The notes under the pieces: model-generated
What the model was told of the DNA's origin: nothing
Seen by the model: the letters and a program-made list of their open reading frames with translations, nothing else
The model's database searches: none
Program-made: the position numbers and the translations under genes
Assembly (NCBI GenBank): GCA_963825525.1
Contig: CAWGTN010000001.1
Span: 225,787-289,786 of the forward strand
Source: an uncultured Chloroflexia bacterium
GTDB lineage: Bacteria > Chloroflexota > Limnocylindria > QHBO01
Length of the DNA stretch: 64,000 nucleotides
Reading direction: 5' to 3'
Part shown: positions 22,116 through 30,915 of the stretch, one piece after another
How positions within the stretch are numbered: position 1 is the first letter of the stretch
Layout of the letters: each line of letters begins with the position of its first letter

Positions 22116-22546
22116 GGCTGCTGATCTACACGGACGGTGCGGCCCGAGGCAACCCCGGGCCTGCGGGAGCGGGAGCGATCCTGCGGGACGCCGAAGGTCG
22201 AACCCTGGCTGAGATCGCCGAGCCGCTCGGCCATGCCACGAACAACGTGGCGGAGTGGACCGCCGTCCGGCTGGCCCTCGAGGAGGCCAGGCGGCTGGGC
22301 GCCACCCATGTCGACATGCGGATGGACTCCGAGCTCGTCGCACGACAGATCACCGGGATCTACCGGGTCAAGCATCCGGATCTCAAGCCGATCCACGCCG
22401 CGGTCATGGAGCTGCTGCGCGGGTTCGAGGGCTACACGGTCGGGCATGTCCCGCGTGAGCTCAACAAGGATGCCGACCGGCTCAGCAACGTCGCGATTGA
22501 TGGGGATACCGTCCGAGAGTCCCGAACCCGCCCGACGCCGCGCTAG
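22112..22546 (+). CDS. rnhA: Ribonuclease HI
   Basis: YTDGAARGNPG, TNNVAEW, DSELV, HVPRELNKDAD; TTG start overlaps the sdhB stop. Confidence 0.92.
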   Translation: MRLLIYTDGAARGNPGPAGAGAILRDAEGRTLAEIAEPLGHATNNVAEWTAVRLALEEARRLGATHVDMRMDSELVARQITGIYRVKHPDLKPIHAAVMELLRGFEGYTVGHVPRELNKDADRLSNVAIDGDTVRESRTRPTPR

Positions 22547-22584
22547 ACCTTCGGAGCTCGCGATGGAGTCGGGTACACTCAGCC

Positions 22585-22918
22585 TCCCTGGAGGCGGCTG
22601 GACGGTCGCGGACGCATCGGTCGAAAGGCCGCGTTCGAGGAAAGTCCGAGCTCCTCAGAGCAGGCTAGCGGGTAACACCCGTCCGCCGTGAGGCGAGGAC
22701 CAGCGCCACAGTGACGATGCCCATCGGTTCGCCGGTGGGAGTGAAACGGGCAAGCTCTAGCCGGAGCAAGACCGAATAGGGGAGCGCAACTCGACCTTCG
22801 GGCCGAAGCAGGTTGCTCGCTCAGCTCCCGGGTAGGTCGCAGAGATGGATGGCCGTCCATGAGCCCGATGCGAATCGGTCTCGGGACAGAACTCGGCTTA
22901 CAGGCCGCTCTCCAGGGA
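22585..22918 (+). ncRNA. rnpB: RNase P RNA
   Basis: GAGGAAAGTCCGAG (22637), GGAGCAAG, GGGTAGG, GACAGAACTCGGCTTA (22885); terminal P1 TCCCTGGAG/CTCCAGGGA. Confidence 0.96.
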
Positions 22919-23155
22919 TCAGTCCTCGTCCTCGCGCCAGACCGACCGCGCCGTGCATGCGTTGCAGATGAGCCGCGCCTCGTCCATGCTGCCGAGCGGG
23001 AGCGGGTGTTCCATGCCGCCGAGCAGGCAGTCGACCTGGACACTGGCAGGCTCCGTCGGAAGGATGCTGACGTGCCGAACCGAGCAGCGGCGGATCTTGC
23101 CCGCGCGTGCGGTCGTCGGGCGCTCTGGGCTCCCCTCGATCGGGTTCAGCGCCAT
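22919..23155 (-). CDS. Small four-Cys protein (78 aa), possible metal-binding
   Basis: MALNPIEG..C..C..CNAC..WREDED, with a purine-rich GGAGCAGAGG upstream. Confidence 0.6.
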   Translation of the reverse strand: MALNPIEGSPERPTTARAGKIRRCSVRHVSILPTEPASVQVDCLLGGMEHPLPLGSMDEARLICNACTARSVWREDED

Positions 23156-23349
23156 GGGTTCGCCTCTGCTCCGGGTGGTCCATGCGGGGTTTGGAGCACT
23201 CAGCCTATCGCCGGGTGCATTCAGGCAACAATGGGGCGTTCGTACCATCCGCCCGCAGGCGACCGGCGCGTCGCGCCCAGGTGCGGGGTCACGCTAGACT
23301 CACGCGGTCGCGCATCGAACGCGCGGACGTGCACTGACGAGGAGATACG

Positions 23350-24279
23350 TTGTTCGGACGTCGCAAGCGCGAGGAGGCAGAGGCCGCCGAGGTCCAACGC
23401 GAGGAAGAGCGTCGTGCGCTGTTCGCCAGGCTGGCCGAGCGACCCGAGCAGATCTGCCCATTCCTGGGCCTGGCCGACGACCGGACCGGATTCGTCGACG
23501 GCGTCAGCGCCGATCACCGCTGCTTTGCGTTCGGTGATCCGGCCGTCATCTCCGCCGAGCAGCAGACGCAGGTCTGCCAGGAGCGCGGCTACGGCAACTG
23601 CCCGCGCTACCTTCGCGGTGTCCTCGTCATCCCCACCGAAGAGCTCGAGGCGCTGCGTCGGCCCCGTCCGGCTGCAGCGGCGGGCGCGGCCGCCGTGCCA
23701 CCCGCGTCTGCAGCCTCGGCTCGTCGACGGGCGCCGATCCTCATCCTGCTTCTTCTCCTGCTGGTCGGCGGCGGAGCGGGGGCCGCATACCTGGTGTTCG
23801 GCGGCGGCCTCGGTCCGGTGGCCAACGAGACCCCGACGCCCTCGGTGACGCCGCAGGCTACCGCGTCACCGGTCCCGTCGGCCTCCGCCTCGGTGATCGA
23901 GACGGCCAGCCCGTCGTCGCTCGCCAGCCCCACGCCGGAGCCGACCCCGGAGACCGGGGACTCGTTCGCGTTCTACGAGGTCTCGGTGAGTCCCGACACG
24001 TACACGCTCTACGAATTCGACGACGGGAACGTCCTGGGCACCCGGACCGTCGCTTTCGACCAGTTCTCGTTCGCACAGGTCGAGCCGAGCCTCGGGGACG
24101 ACGGCGACGTGTACTGGATCACCCGTGACGGCGATCTCAGCGGGTTCGCCTACCGTTCGCCGTCGTCCGGCGACTTCCGGATCCGGTCTGTCTTTCTGAA
24201 CGACGCGGGTGATCGTCGATCGGCATTCCTCGAGCCCGAGCAGCTGGAGCGGATGCCGGAGGCCACGCCCTCCCCCTGA
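23350..24279 (+). CDS. Single-pass membrane protein with N-terminal Cys/His domain and Pro/Ser/Thr linker
   Basis: GAGGAG RBS; CPFLG..HRC..C..CPRY; TM ILILLLLLLVGG; TPSP-rich linker. Confidence 0.8.
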   Translation: MFGRRKREEAEAAEVQREEERRALFARLAERPEQICPFLGLADDRTGFVDGVSADHRCFAFGDPAVISAEQQTQVCQERGYGNCPRYLRGVLVIPTEELEALRRPRPAAAAGAAAVPPASAASARRRAPILILLLLLLVGGGAGAAYLVFGGGLGPVANETPTPSVTPQATASPVPSASASVIETASPSSLASPTPEPTPETGDSFAFYEVSVSPDTYTLYEFDDGNVLGTRTVAFDQFSFAQVEPSLGDDGDVYWITRDGDLSGFAYRSPSSGDFRIRSVFLNDAGDRRSAFLEPEQLERMPEATPSP

Positions 24280-24309
24280 TCCGGCGTCTCGCCCTGCTCA
24301 CTGGCATGG

Positions 24310-24335
24310 AACGCCGGCCCTGGGGCCGGCGTTTT
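24310..24335 (+). terminator. Intrinsic terminator
   Basis: AACGCCGGCC-CTGG-GGCCGGCGTTTT. Confidence 0.7.
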
Positions 24336-24419
24336 CGCGTGCCCCGGGCTGGTACGGACGGCTGAGGGTCGCCGACCCAAGGTCCCCCTCATTCGGGCCG
24401 ATGCAGTGCGGAAAACCCC

Positions 24420-24490
24420 TTGACGGGTGACGGACGGCCTGTATAGTGGCGCCCTGTGGTTCCAAATGGGGCCATATGGGGAGTAATGGT
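24420..24490 (+). promoter_or_regulatory. dcw promoter with five MraZ-binding repeats
   Basis: TTGACG-N16-TATAGT; (G/A)TGG motifs at 24446, 24456, 24466, 24476 and 24486, an exact 10-bp period. Confidence 0.8.
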
Positions 24491-24504
24491 GAACGACAGG
24501 CAGG

Positions 24505-24954
24505 ATGGAGCGGGTGTCATTCCTCACCGGGGAGTTCCGGCACGCTCTGGACGATCGGGGACGCGTTGCGGTCCCGGTCCGCTTCCGAGCGCGCCTGGCC
24601 CAGGGTGCGACGCTCGCTCGCTGGCTGGACGGATGCCTGGCGATCTTCCCCGCGGAAACGTGGGAGGAGCTGGCGGCCAAGATCCAGAGCCTGCCGACGA
24701 CAAACGCGGCGGCCCGACAGTTCGGCCGCTTCATGAGCTCGGGTGCGGTCGAGGTCGAACTCGATCGCCAGGGACGAGTCCTGGTCCCGAGCTATCTGCG
24801 CGAGTACGCCGGCCTGACCAACAGCGAGGTGGTCGTGGTCGGTGCGCTGAACCGGCTCGAGGTCTGGGCACCGACGCGGTGGCAACCGTATCGGTCCCAG
24901 ATCGAGGACGAGCCGGAGGCGCTCGCCGAACACCTCGCCGACCTGGGCATCTGA
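24505..24954 (+). CDS. mraZ: Division/cell-wall cluster transcriptional repressor MraZ
   Basis: GEFRHALDDRGR, ELDRQGRVLVP, GALNRLEVW. Confidence 0.96.
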   Translation: MERVSFLTGEFRHALDDRGRVAVPVRFRARLAQGATLARWLDGCLAIFPAETWEELAAKIQSLPTTNAAARQFGRFMSSGAVEVELDRQGRVLVPSYLREYAGLTNSEVVVVGALNRLEVWAPTRWQPYRSQIEDEPEALAEHLADLGI

Positions 24955-25012
24955 CGGTGCCTCGGCCATTCATGCGTCTCCGGGCCGGTCGGCCCGCCGT
25001 CCGACAGATGAG

Positions 25013-25972
25013 GTGCAACACCACATGGGAGAAGGGCACCTGCCGGTGCTGGTCGACGAGGTTCTCACCTCGCTGGCCGTCGGTGCCGGCAGCTCCGTGG
25101 CTGATTGCACCGTCGGCGGCGGTGGGCACGCCGAGCGGCTCCTGGAGGCCACGTCCCCGGATGGCCGCCTGCTCGGCATCGATGCCGATCGGGCGGCCAT
25201 CTCGGAGGCGAAACGCGTTCTCGAGCGCTTCGGCACGCGGGTCACGCTGCGCCACGCCAACTTCGAGTCGATCTTCGACGTCGCGAGTGAAGCCGGCGCC
25301 GTTCCGCTCGACGCGATCCTCTTCGACCTCGGGCTCAGCAGCTACCAGCTCGCCGATCCGGCTCGAGGATTCAGCTTTGCGGCCGATGCGCCGCCGGACA
25401 TGAGATTCGATGAAACGAGTGGTCTTTCGGCCCTTGAGCTCATCGAGCGCTCCTCGGAGCGAGAGCTCGCCGGAATCCTCGCGACGTTTGGTGAAGAGCG
25501 CCGTGCAGGCCGCATCGCGAAGGCGATCCTGGCGGCGAGTGCGCAGGACCGGCTCGTGACCGCCGCCGATCTCGCCGAGGTGGTCGCGGCTGCTGCTCCC
25601 GGGCGCCCCGGCGGCCCCGATGCCGGACGCATCCACCCCGCGACGCGCACGTTCCAGGCACTGCGCATCGCGGTGAACCGTGAAGTCGAGGTCCTCTCCG
25701 CCGCCCTCTCGGGAGCGCTCGCCGCCCTCGGACCGGGAGGCCGGATGGCCGTCATCAGCTACCACTCCCTCGAGGACCGCATCGTCAAGCGGTTCATCGT
25801 GCGTGAGAGCCGCGACTGCATCGAGGAGCCGCTTCCGCCGGCGTGCACGTGCGGACATCGAGCGCAGCTGCGCGCGATCACGAAGGGCGTCATCACGGCA
25901 GGCCCCGACGAGGTCCGCCGCAACCGTCGCGCACGCAGCGCAAAGCTGCGCGTCGCCCAGAAGCTCGCTTGA
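25013..25972 (+). CDS. rsmH: 16S rRNA C1402 N4-methyltransferase
   Basis: HLPVLVDE, DCTVGGGGH, DLGLSSYQL, HPATRTFQALRI, SYHSLEDR, RARSAKLR. Confidence 0.96.
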   Translation: MQHHMGEGHLPVLVDEVLTSLAVGAGSSVADCTVGGGGHAERLLEATSPDGRLLGIDADRAAISEAKRVLERFGTRVTLRHANFESIFDVASEAGAVPLDAILFDLGLSSYQLADPARGFSFAADAPPDMRFDETSGLSALELIERSSERELAGILATFGEERRAGRIAKAILAASAQDRLVTAADLAEVVAAAAPGRPGGPDAGRIHPATRTFQALRIAVNREVEVLSAALSGALAALGPGGRMAVISYHSLEDRIVKRFIVRESRDCIEEPLPPACTCGHRAQLRAITKGVITAGPDEVRRNRRARSAKLRVAQKLA

Positions 25973-25998
25973 GCCGAGCGCAGGAGGAGGGTCGATCC

Positions 25999-26211
25999 AT
26001 GAGCAAGGGACACTCACGACACCAGGCCAGCCGGCGCCGCATGTACTCGGCGCGCCAGCGCGACCTTCGCGAACGTCGCGCGCACGCCGCACGCGATGAG
26101 CAGCACTGGCTGAGCGACGAGGTCGCGGCGTTCGAGATCGAAGAGGGTCTGGACTTCGAGGCGCCGACCAGCTTCGCCGGCTCCCTGCGCAACCGCGCAA
26201 CCGCGGCCTAG
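25999..26211 (+). CDS. Small hypothetical protein (70 aa) inside the dcw operon
   Basis: Strong AGGAGGAGG RBS; fills the rsmH-ftsL gap; basic N-half and acidic C-half. Confidence 0.7.
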   Translation: MSKGHSRHQASRRRMYSARQRDLRERRAHAARDEQHWLSDEVAAFEIEEGLDFEAPTSFAGSLRNRATAA

Positions 26212-26233
26212 GCAGTCGAGGAGCTACGAGCAG

Positions 26234-26650
26234 ATGGCAATCGTCGGCGCACGGCCAGCAGCGACTCCCTGGTTCCTGGGGCGTCGCAGTCGTCCGCGCC
26301 CTCGCACCCGCCCGCAGCCTGCCGGACGGCCGCGCCGCTACTCGAGTGGGCGACGGGTCGCAGCAAGGGTCGACATTCGACCACTGCTGGTGGGAATCCT
26401 CGTTGCCGCGGGCCTCGCCATCTTTTACCTGAGCCAATCAACCCACGTGGCAGCCACCGGATATGAGATCGACGCGCTCGAGGCATCGCTCGCTGAGAGC
26501 CACGCCGAACAGCAGCAGCTCGTCTGGGCGATCGGCCGGGCACGCTCGCCCGCCGAGATCACGGAGCGAGCCCGGTCCGACCTCCACCTGGTTCCACTCG
26601 AGGAAGGCGCGGTGACCTACGCCTCGCCCGCCGCCCAGCCAGCCGATTGA
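26234..26650 (+). CDS. ftsL: Cell division protein FtsL-like
   Basis: Basic cytoplasmic N-terminus, one TM, coiled coil, SPAEITERARSDLHL; canonical position before ftsI. Confidence 0.75.
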   Translation: MAIVGARPAATPWFLGRRSRPRPRTRPQPAGRPRRYSSGRRVAARVDIRPLLVGILVAAGLAIFYLSQSTHVAATGYEIDALEASLAESHAEQQQLVWAIGRARSPAEITERARSDLHLVPLEEGAVTYASPAAQPAD

Positions 26651-26694
26651 CCTAGCACCGCGGCCGAACAGACGGCCGCCGCACGGAGACCAAC

Positions 26695-28485
26695 ATGCTC
26701 GCCAGGACCGACAGTCGTGCCCGCGCCTTGGTCCTTCTCATCGTCGTCACGTTGCTGGCGACGCTGGTCGGCGCCCGGCTCGTGTGGTGGCAGGTCGTTG
26801 AGCAGTCGGCCCTGGCGGAGATGGCCCTCCACCAGCTGGCCCAGAACCAGGAGCTGCCGGCGCAGCGCGGCGAGATCACGGACCGCAACGGCGAACTCCT
26901 GGCAACCTCGGTGGAGGTCCAGTCTGTCTTTGCCACGCCGCCATCGATCGACGATATCGGGCTGACGTCCGCGCTCCTGGCATCGGCGCTTGGCATGTCC
27001 GCGGCCGATGTGCGGGATCGGCTCGATACGGACAAGCCGTGGGTGTATCTCAAGCGGCGGGTGAGCGTCGAGGTTGCCCAGCGGGTGAGTGATCTGGGGC
27101 TGCGGGGCATCGGGCTGCTGCCCGAGACGAAGCGGGTCTACCCCATCACCGGCGTTGCCTCGGAGACGACGCTGGCTGCCCAGCTGCTCGGGTTCGTCGA
27201 CAGCGATGGCGTCGGCCGGTACGGGGTGGAGGAGGCCGAGGACGCGACGCTGGCGGGCACGGCCGGCAAGGTCAGCGCGCAGGAGGACGTGATCGGCCGC
27301 CGGATCGCGGATTCGGTGACGCTGCTCCAGGAGCCGGTTGACGGGCGAAACCTTCGCCTGACCATCGACGCCGGCGTGCAGCACCTCCTCGAAGAGAAGA
27401 TCCAGGAAACGTTCCGAACAAACCGCGCAGCGGGGGCGACCGGCCTGATCATGGACGCCGAGACCGGCGCGATCCTGGCGATGGCCAGCTACCCGTCCTA
27501 CGACGCGAACCAGTTCGCGACCACCGAGGGCGAGCGCTTCGCCAATCCGGCCGTTTCGCGCCAGTACGAGCCGGGTTCGGTGATGAAGGCATTCACCATC
27601 GCCGCCGCCCTGGACGCGGGGGCGATCACGACCTCCACGACGGTCGAGGACGACAACAACCTCCGCATCGGAAACGTCCGAGTCCAGAATGCAGATCGCT
27701 ACGAGCATCCGTACGGTCACGGCAAGATCACCGCGGGCGACGTCCTGAAGCTCTCGAACAACGTCGGAGCCGCGAAGATCGGCCTCAAGCTGGGTCGGAC
27801 CGCGCTCTATGACGCCTTCCGTCGCTTCGGCTTCGGCAGCCCGACCGGGGTCGAGCTCAGTTACGAGGCCAGCGGGGTGATCTGGGACCCGGACGGCCCC
27901 AACGCCTCGGGTGACCTGACGGCAGCTCAGAACTCCTTTGGCCAGGGGCTGAGCCTCACGGCCGTGCAGCTGGCGGCGGGCTATGCATCGTTCGCCAACG
28001 GTGGCGAACTCGTGACGCCGCACGTGGTGGCGGGATGGACGGACCCGGACGGCACGTACCACTCCGCGGAGCAACCGCCCCGCGAGCGGGTGATGCGGCC
28101 GGAGACCGCCGCCACGATGGTCGAGCTTCTCACCGGAGCCATCGACGAGGGGATCGCGAATCGTGCATCCATCCCTGGCTACACCGTGGCCGGCAAGACC
28201 GGCACCGCCCAGATCGCGGGCCCGGTCAAGGTGAAGAACGACGCGGGCGAGATCGTCGAGCAGTGGCAGTACATCGACGGGTGGGTCGACTCGAGCTTCG
28301 TGGGCATCCTCCCGGCGGGCGATACCAAGCTCGTGACCCTGATCCTCATCAATCGCCCCGCGGGAGCCGGTGGACGGCACATGCCGGAGCGCCCGGAGTG
28401 GGTGTTCGCCGACGTCATGCCGCAGGTTCTCAACTACCTGGCGATCCCGCCCGACCGCCCGCTGCAGCCGGTTGCCCAGCCGTGA
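26695..28485 (+). CDS. ftsI: Class B penicillin-binding protein (FtsI-like)
   Basis: RGEITDRNG, RVYP, LTID, YEPGSVMK (SxxK), SNN, KTG. Confidence 0.9.
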   Translation: MLARTDSRARALVLLIVVTLLATLVGARLVWWQVVEQSALAEMALHQLAQNQELPAQRGEITDRNGELLATSVEVQSVFATPPSIDDIGLTSALLASALGMSAADVRDRLDTDKPWVYLKRRVSVEVAQRVSDLGLRGIGLLPETKRVYPITGVASETTLAAQLLGFVDSDGVGRYGVEEAEDATLAGTAGKVSAQEDVIGRRIADSVTLLQEPVDGRNLRLTIDAGVQHLLEEKIQETFRTNRAAGATGLIMDAETGAILAMASYPSYDANQFATTEGERFANPAVSRQYEPGSVMKAFTIAAALDAGAITTSTTVEDDNNLRIGNVRVQNADRYEHPYGHGKITAGDVLKLSNNVGAAKIGLKLGRTALYDAFRRFGFGSPTGVELSYEASGVIWDPDGPNASGDLTAAQNSFGQGLSLTAVQLAAGYASFANGGELVTPHVVAGWTDPDGTYHSAEQPPRERVMRPETAATMVELLTGAIDEGIANRASIPGYTVAGKTGTAQIAGPVKVKNDAGEIVEQWQYIDGWVDSSFVGILPAGDTKLVTLILINRPAGAGGRHMPERPEWVFADVMPQVLNYLAIPPDRPLQPVAQP

Positions 28486-29924
28486 GGCTGCTAGACTCGC
28501 CGGTAGTCCGCAGCGTGGTTCGCGTGCCTCCCACGATCCGCCTCGACGACCTCCTGGCCGCCACCGGCGGCCGGCTCCTCCGGTCCACATCGGTCGATTC
28601 CATCGTCGGCGCCAGCGTCGATTCTCGTCGCGTGAGCGCGCTCAGCTGTTACGTGGCGATCCGAGGGGAACGGGTTGATGGCCACCGGTTCGTGGAAGAG
28701 GCCCTGCGGGCCGGCGCATCGGCCGCCCTCGTCGACCACCCGATCGACCTGCCTCCCGATCTCGATCGAGCCGTGGTCGTGGTCCGTGATCCCCTCATCG
28801 CTCTCGGCGACCTCGCGGGCTGGTGGCGCGGACGGCATGCGGTCCGAGTGGTCGGCATCACGGGGTCGACGGGTAAGACGATCGCCAAAGAGATCACGGC
28901 CGACGTCCTCTCCCGGACGACGAAGACGCTTCGCAACGAGGGCAATCTCAACTCGGAGACCGGATTGCCGATGACCCTCCTTCGCCTGGAGCCCGATGAC
29001 CAGGCGGCGGTACTCGAGATGAGCATGTACACCACCGGCGAGATCGCTCGCCTTGCCGAGATCGCCCGTCCCGAGGTCGGGGTCGTCCTGGCAGTGCATC
29101 CGGCCCACCTCGAGCGGGCCGGGAGCATCGAGCGCATCGCCCAGGCAAAGGCTGAGCTTCCGCAGGCGCTGCCGCCGGAGGGGCTGGCCGTTCTCAACGC
29201 CGATGACGCTCGAGTCGCGGCCATGCGCGACGTCACGAGGGCCGAGGTGCGGACGTTCGGCCTCGGTTCCGGGGCCGAGGTCCGGGCGAGCGAGATCACG
29301 TCACTCGGCCTGGACGGAACGACCTTCACCATCCAGGCGCCGTGGGGTACACGTCGAGTGACAAGCGCCATGCCGGGCCGTCACCTCGTGCACCACGCGC
29401 TTGCCGCCGCCGCCGTCGCCGAGCGATTCGACATCCCGATGGACGACGTGGCAGAGGCGTTGGCCGCCGGGAGCCGCGCCGCCCACCGGATGGAGATCGT
29501 GGATTCGCTGGCCGGCGCGCGGGTCGTCGATGACACGTACAACGCTTCACCCATCAGCGTGCGCGGAGCACTCGAGTTCATTGCCGAAACGCCGGTGGCG
29601 TCGGGACGCCGCCGCATCGCCGTTCTCGGCGACATGCTCGAGCTCGGCCCGGACGAGGAACGGCTGCACCGCGAGATCGGTTCGCTGGCGGGGGAGACCG
29701 TCGATGCCGTCGTGGCGGTCGGGCAACGGGGTCGGTGGATCGCCGAGTCGGCACGGGCATCCGGAAACGCGCGCGTCTTCGAGGCTGCTGACGCCGACGA
29801 GGCCGCCGAGGTCCTGGAGCGCGAGCTGGCGCCAGGCGTCGGCGACCTGGTGCTGGTCAAGGCGTCGCGCGGGATCGGCCTGGACCGCACCGTCGACCTG
29901 CTGCGGGACGGTGATGCGCCATGA
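28482..29924 (+). CDS. murF: UDP-MurNAc-tripeptide D-Ala-D-Ala ligase
   Basis: VDSR, DGHRF, GITGSTGKT, DDTYNASP, LGDMLELG, KASRG. Start is uncertain. Confidence 0.93.
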   Translation: MRLLDSPVVRSVVRVPPTIRLDDLLAATGGRLLRSTSVDSIVGASVDSRRVSALSCYVAIRGERVDGHRFVEEALRAGASAALVDHPIDLPPDLDRAVVVVRDPLIALGDLAGWWRGRHAVRVVGITGSTGKTIAKEITADVLSRTTKTLRNEGNLNSETGLPMTLLRLEPDDQAAVLEMSMYTTGEIARLAEIARPEVGVVLAVHPAHLERAGSIERIAQAKAELPQALPPEGLAVLNADDARVAAMRDVTRAEVRTFGLGSGAEVRASEITSLGLDGTTFTIQAPWGTRRVTSAMPGRHLVHHALAAAAVAERFDIPMDDVAEALAAGSRAAHRMEIVDSLAGARVVDDTYNASPISVRGALEFIAETPVASGRRRIAVLGDMLELGPDEERLHREIGSLAGETVDAVVAVGQRGRWIAESARASGNARVFEAADADEAAEVLERELAPGVGDLVLVKASRGIGLDRTVDLLRDGDAP

Positions 29925-30907
29925 CGATCCTCCAGATCGTGATCGCGCTGCTCCTGGCCTTCATCGGCATGGTGCTTCTCGCGCCGATCTACATCAGCCT
30001 CCTTCAGCGCCTCGGATTCGGAAAGCAGATCCGCACGGACGGCCCCGAGGCGCACTACGGCAAGGCGGGGACGCCGACCATGGGCGGGATGCTCGTCGTG
30101 GGCGTCGTCCTGTTCCTGGCCATGGCGCTGCGGATCGAGGACGCCGCGACCCTGACGCCGATGCTGACGCTCGTGGGCGTGGGGATCCTGGGTGCCATCG
30201 ATGACTTCGTGAACGTCCGAACCGGCATCGGCATGCGTGGGCGCTGGAAGCTGGTGTGGCAGACGGTCGTGGCGGTCCTGGCGGGGTACTACATCCAGCG
30301 CCACTTCGAGATCACGGCCATCAACATCCCGTTCGTTGGCGAGATCGTGATCGGCTCCCTGCTCTTCCTCATCTTCGTTGCCTTCGTGATCGTCGGCGTC
30401 AGCAATGCTGTGAACCTGACCGATGGCCTCGACGGCCTGGCAGGGGGAGTCCTCATCTTCAGCTTCGTCGCCTACCTGCTCATCAGCCTCGTGCCGGTCG
30501 AGGGCGTCAAGGCCGAGCAGCCGAACCTGGCGGTGTTCTGCGCCCTCGTCATCGGGGCGCTCATGGGGTTCCTGTGGTTCAACGTCCACCCGGCGCAGAT
30601 CTTCATGGGCGACTCCGGCGCGCTGAGCCTGGGTGCCACGCTGGCGGTGGTCGCGACCGTCAATGGCCAGCTGCCGCTGCTGGCCGTCATCGGCATCGTC
30701 TTCTTCGCCGTGATCATGAGCGTCGTGGTGCAGGTGCTCAGCTACCGCCTTCGGGGCCGGCGCATCTTCCGCATGACGCCGCTCCACCACCACTTCGAGC
30801 TCATCGGCTGGGCGGAGGAGAAGATCACGGTCCGCTTCTGGATCGTCGCGGCATTGGCCGGCCTGCTGGGCGTCAGCATCTTCCTGGCCGGCGTGAGCGG
30901 GTTCTAG
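29921..30907 (+). CDS. mraY: Phospho-N-acetylmuramoyl-pentapeptide transferase
   Basis: KAGTPTMGG, NAVNLTDGLDGL, FMGDSG, PLHHHFEL. Confidence 0.97.
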   Translation: MTILQIVIALLLAFIGMVLLAPIYISLLQRLGFGKQIRTDGPEAHYGKAGTPTMGGMLVVGVVLFLAMALRIEDAATLTPMLTLVGVGILGAIDDFVNVRTGIGMRGRWKLVWQTVVAVLAGYYIQRHFEITAINIPFVGEIVIGSLLFLIFVAFVIVGVSNAVNLTDGLDGLAGGVLIFSFVAYLLISLVPVEGVKAEQPNLAVFCALVIGALMGFLWFNVHPAQIFMGDSGALSLGATLAVVATVNGQLPLLAVIGIVFFAVIMSVVVQVLSYRLRGRRIFRMTPLHHHFELIGWAEEKITVRFWIVAALAGLLGVSIFLAGVSGF

Positions 30908-30915
30908 CCGAGCCG

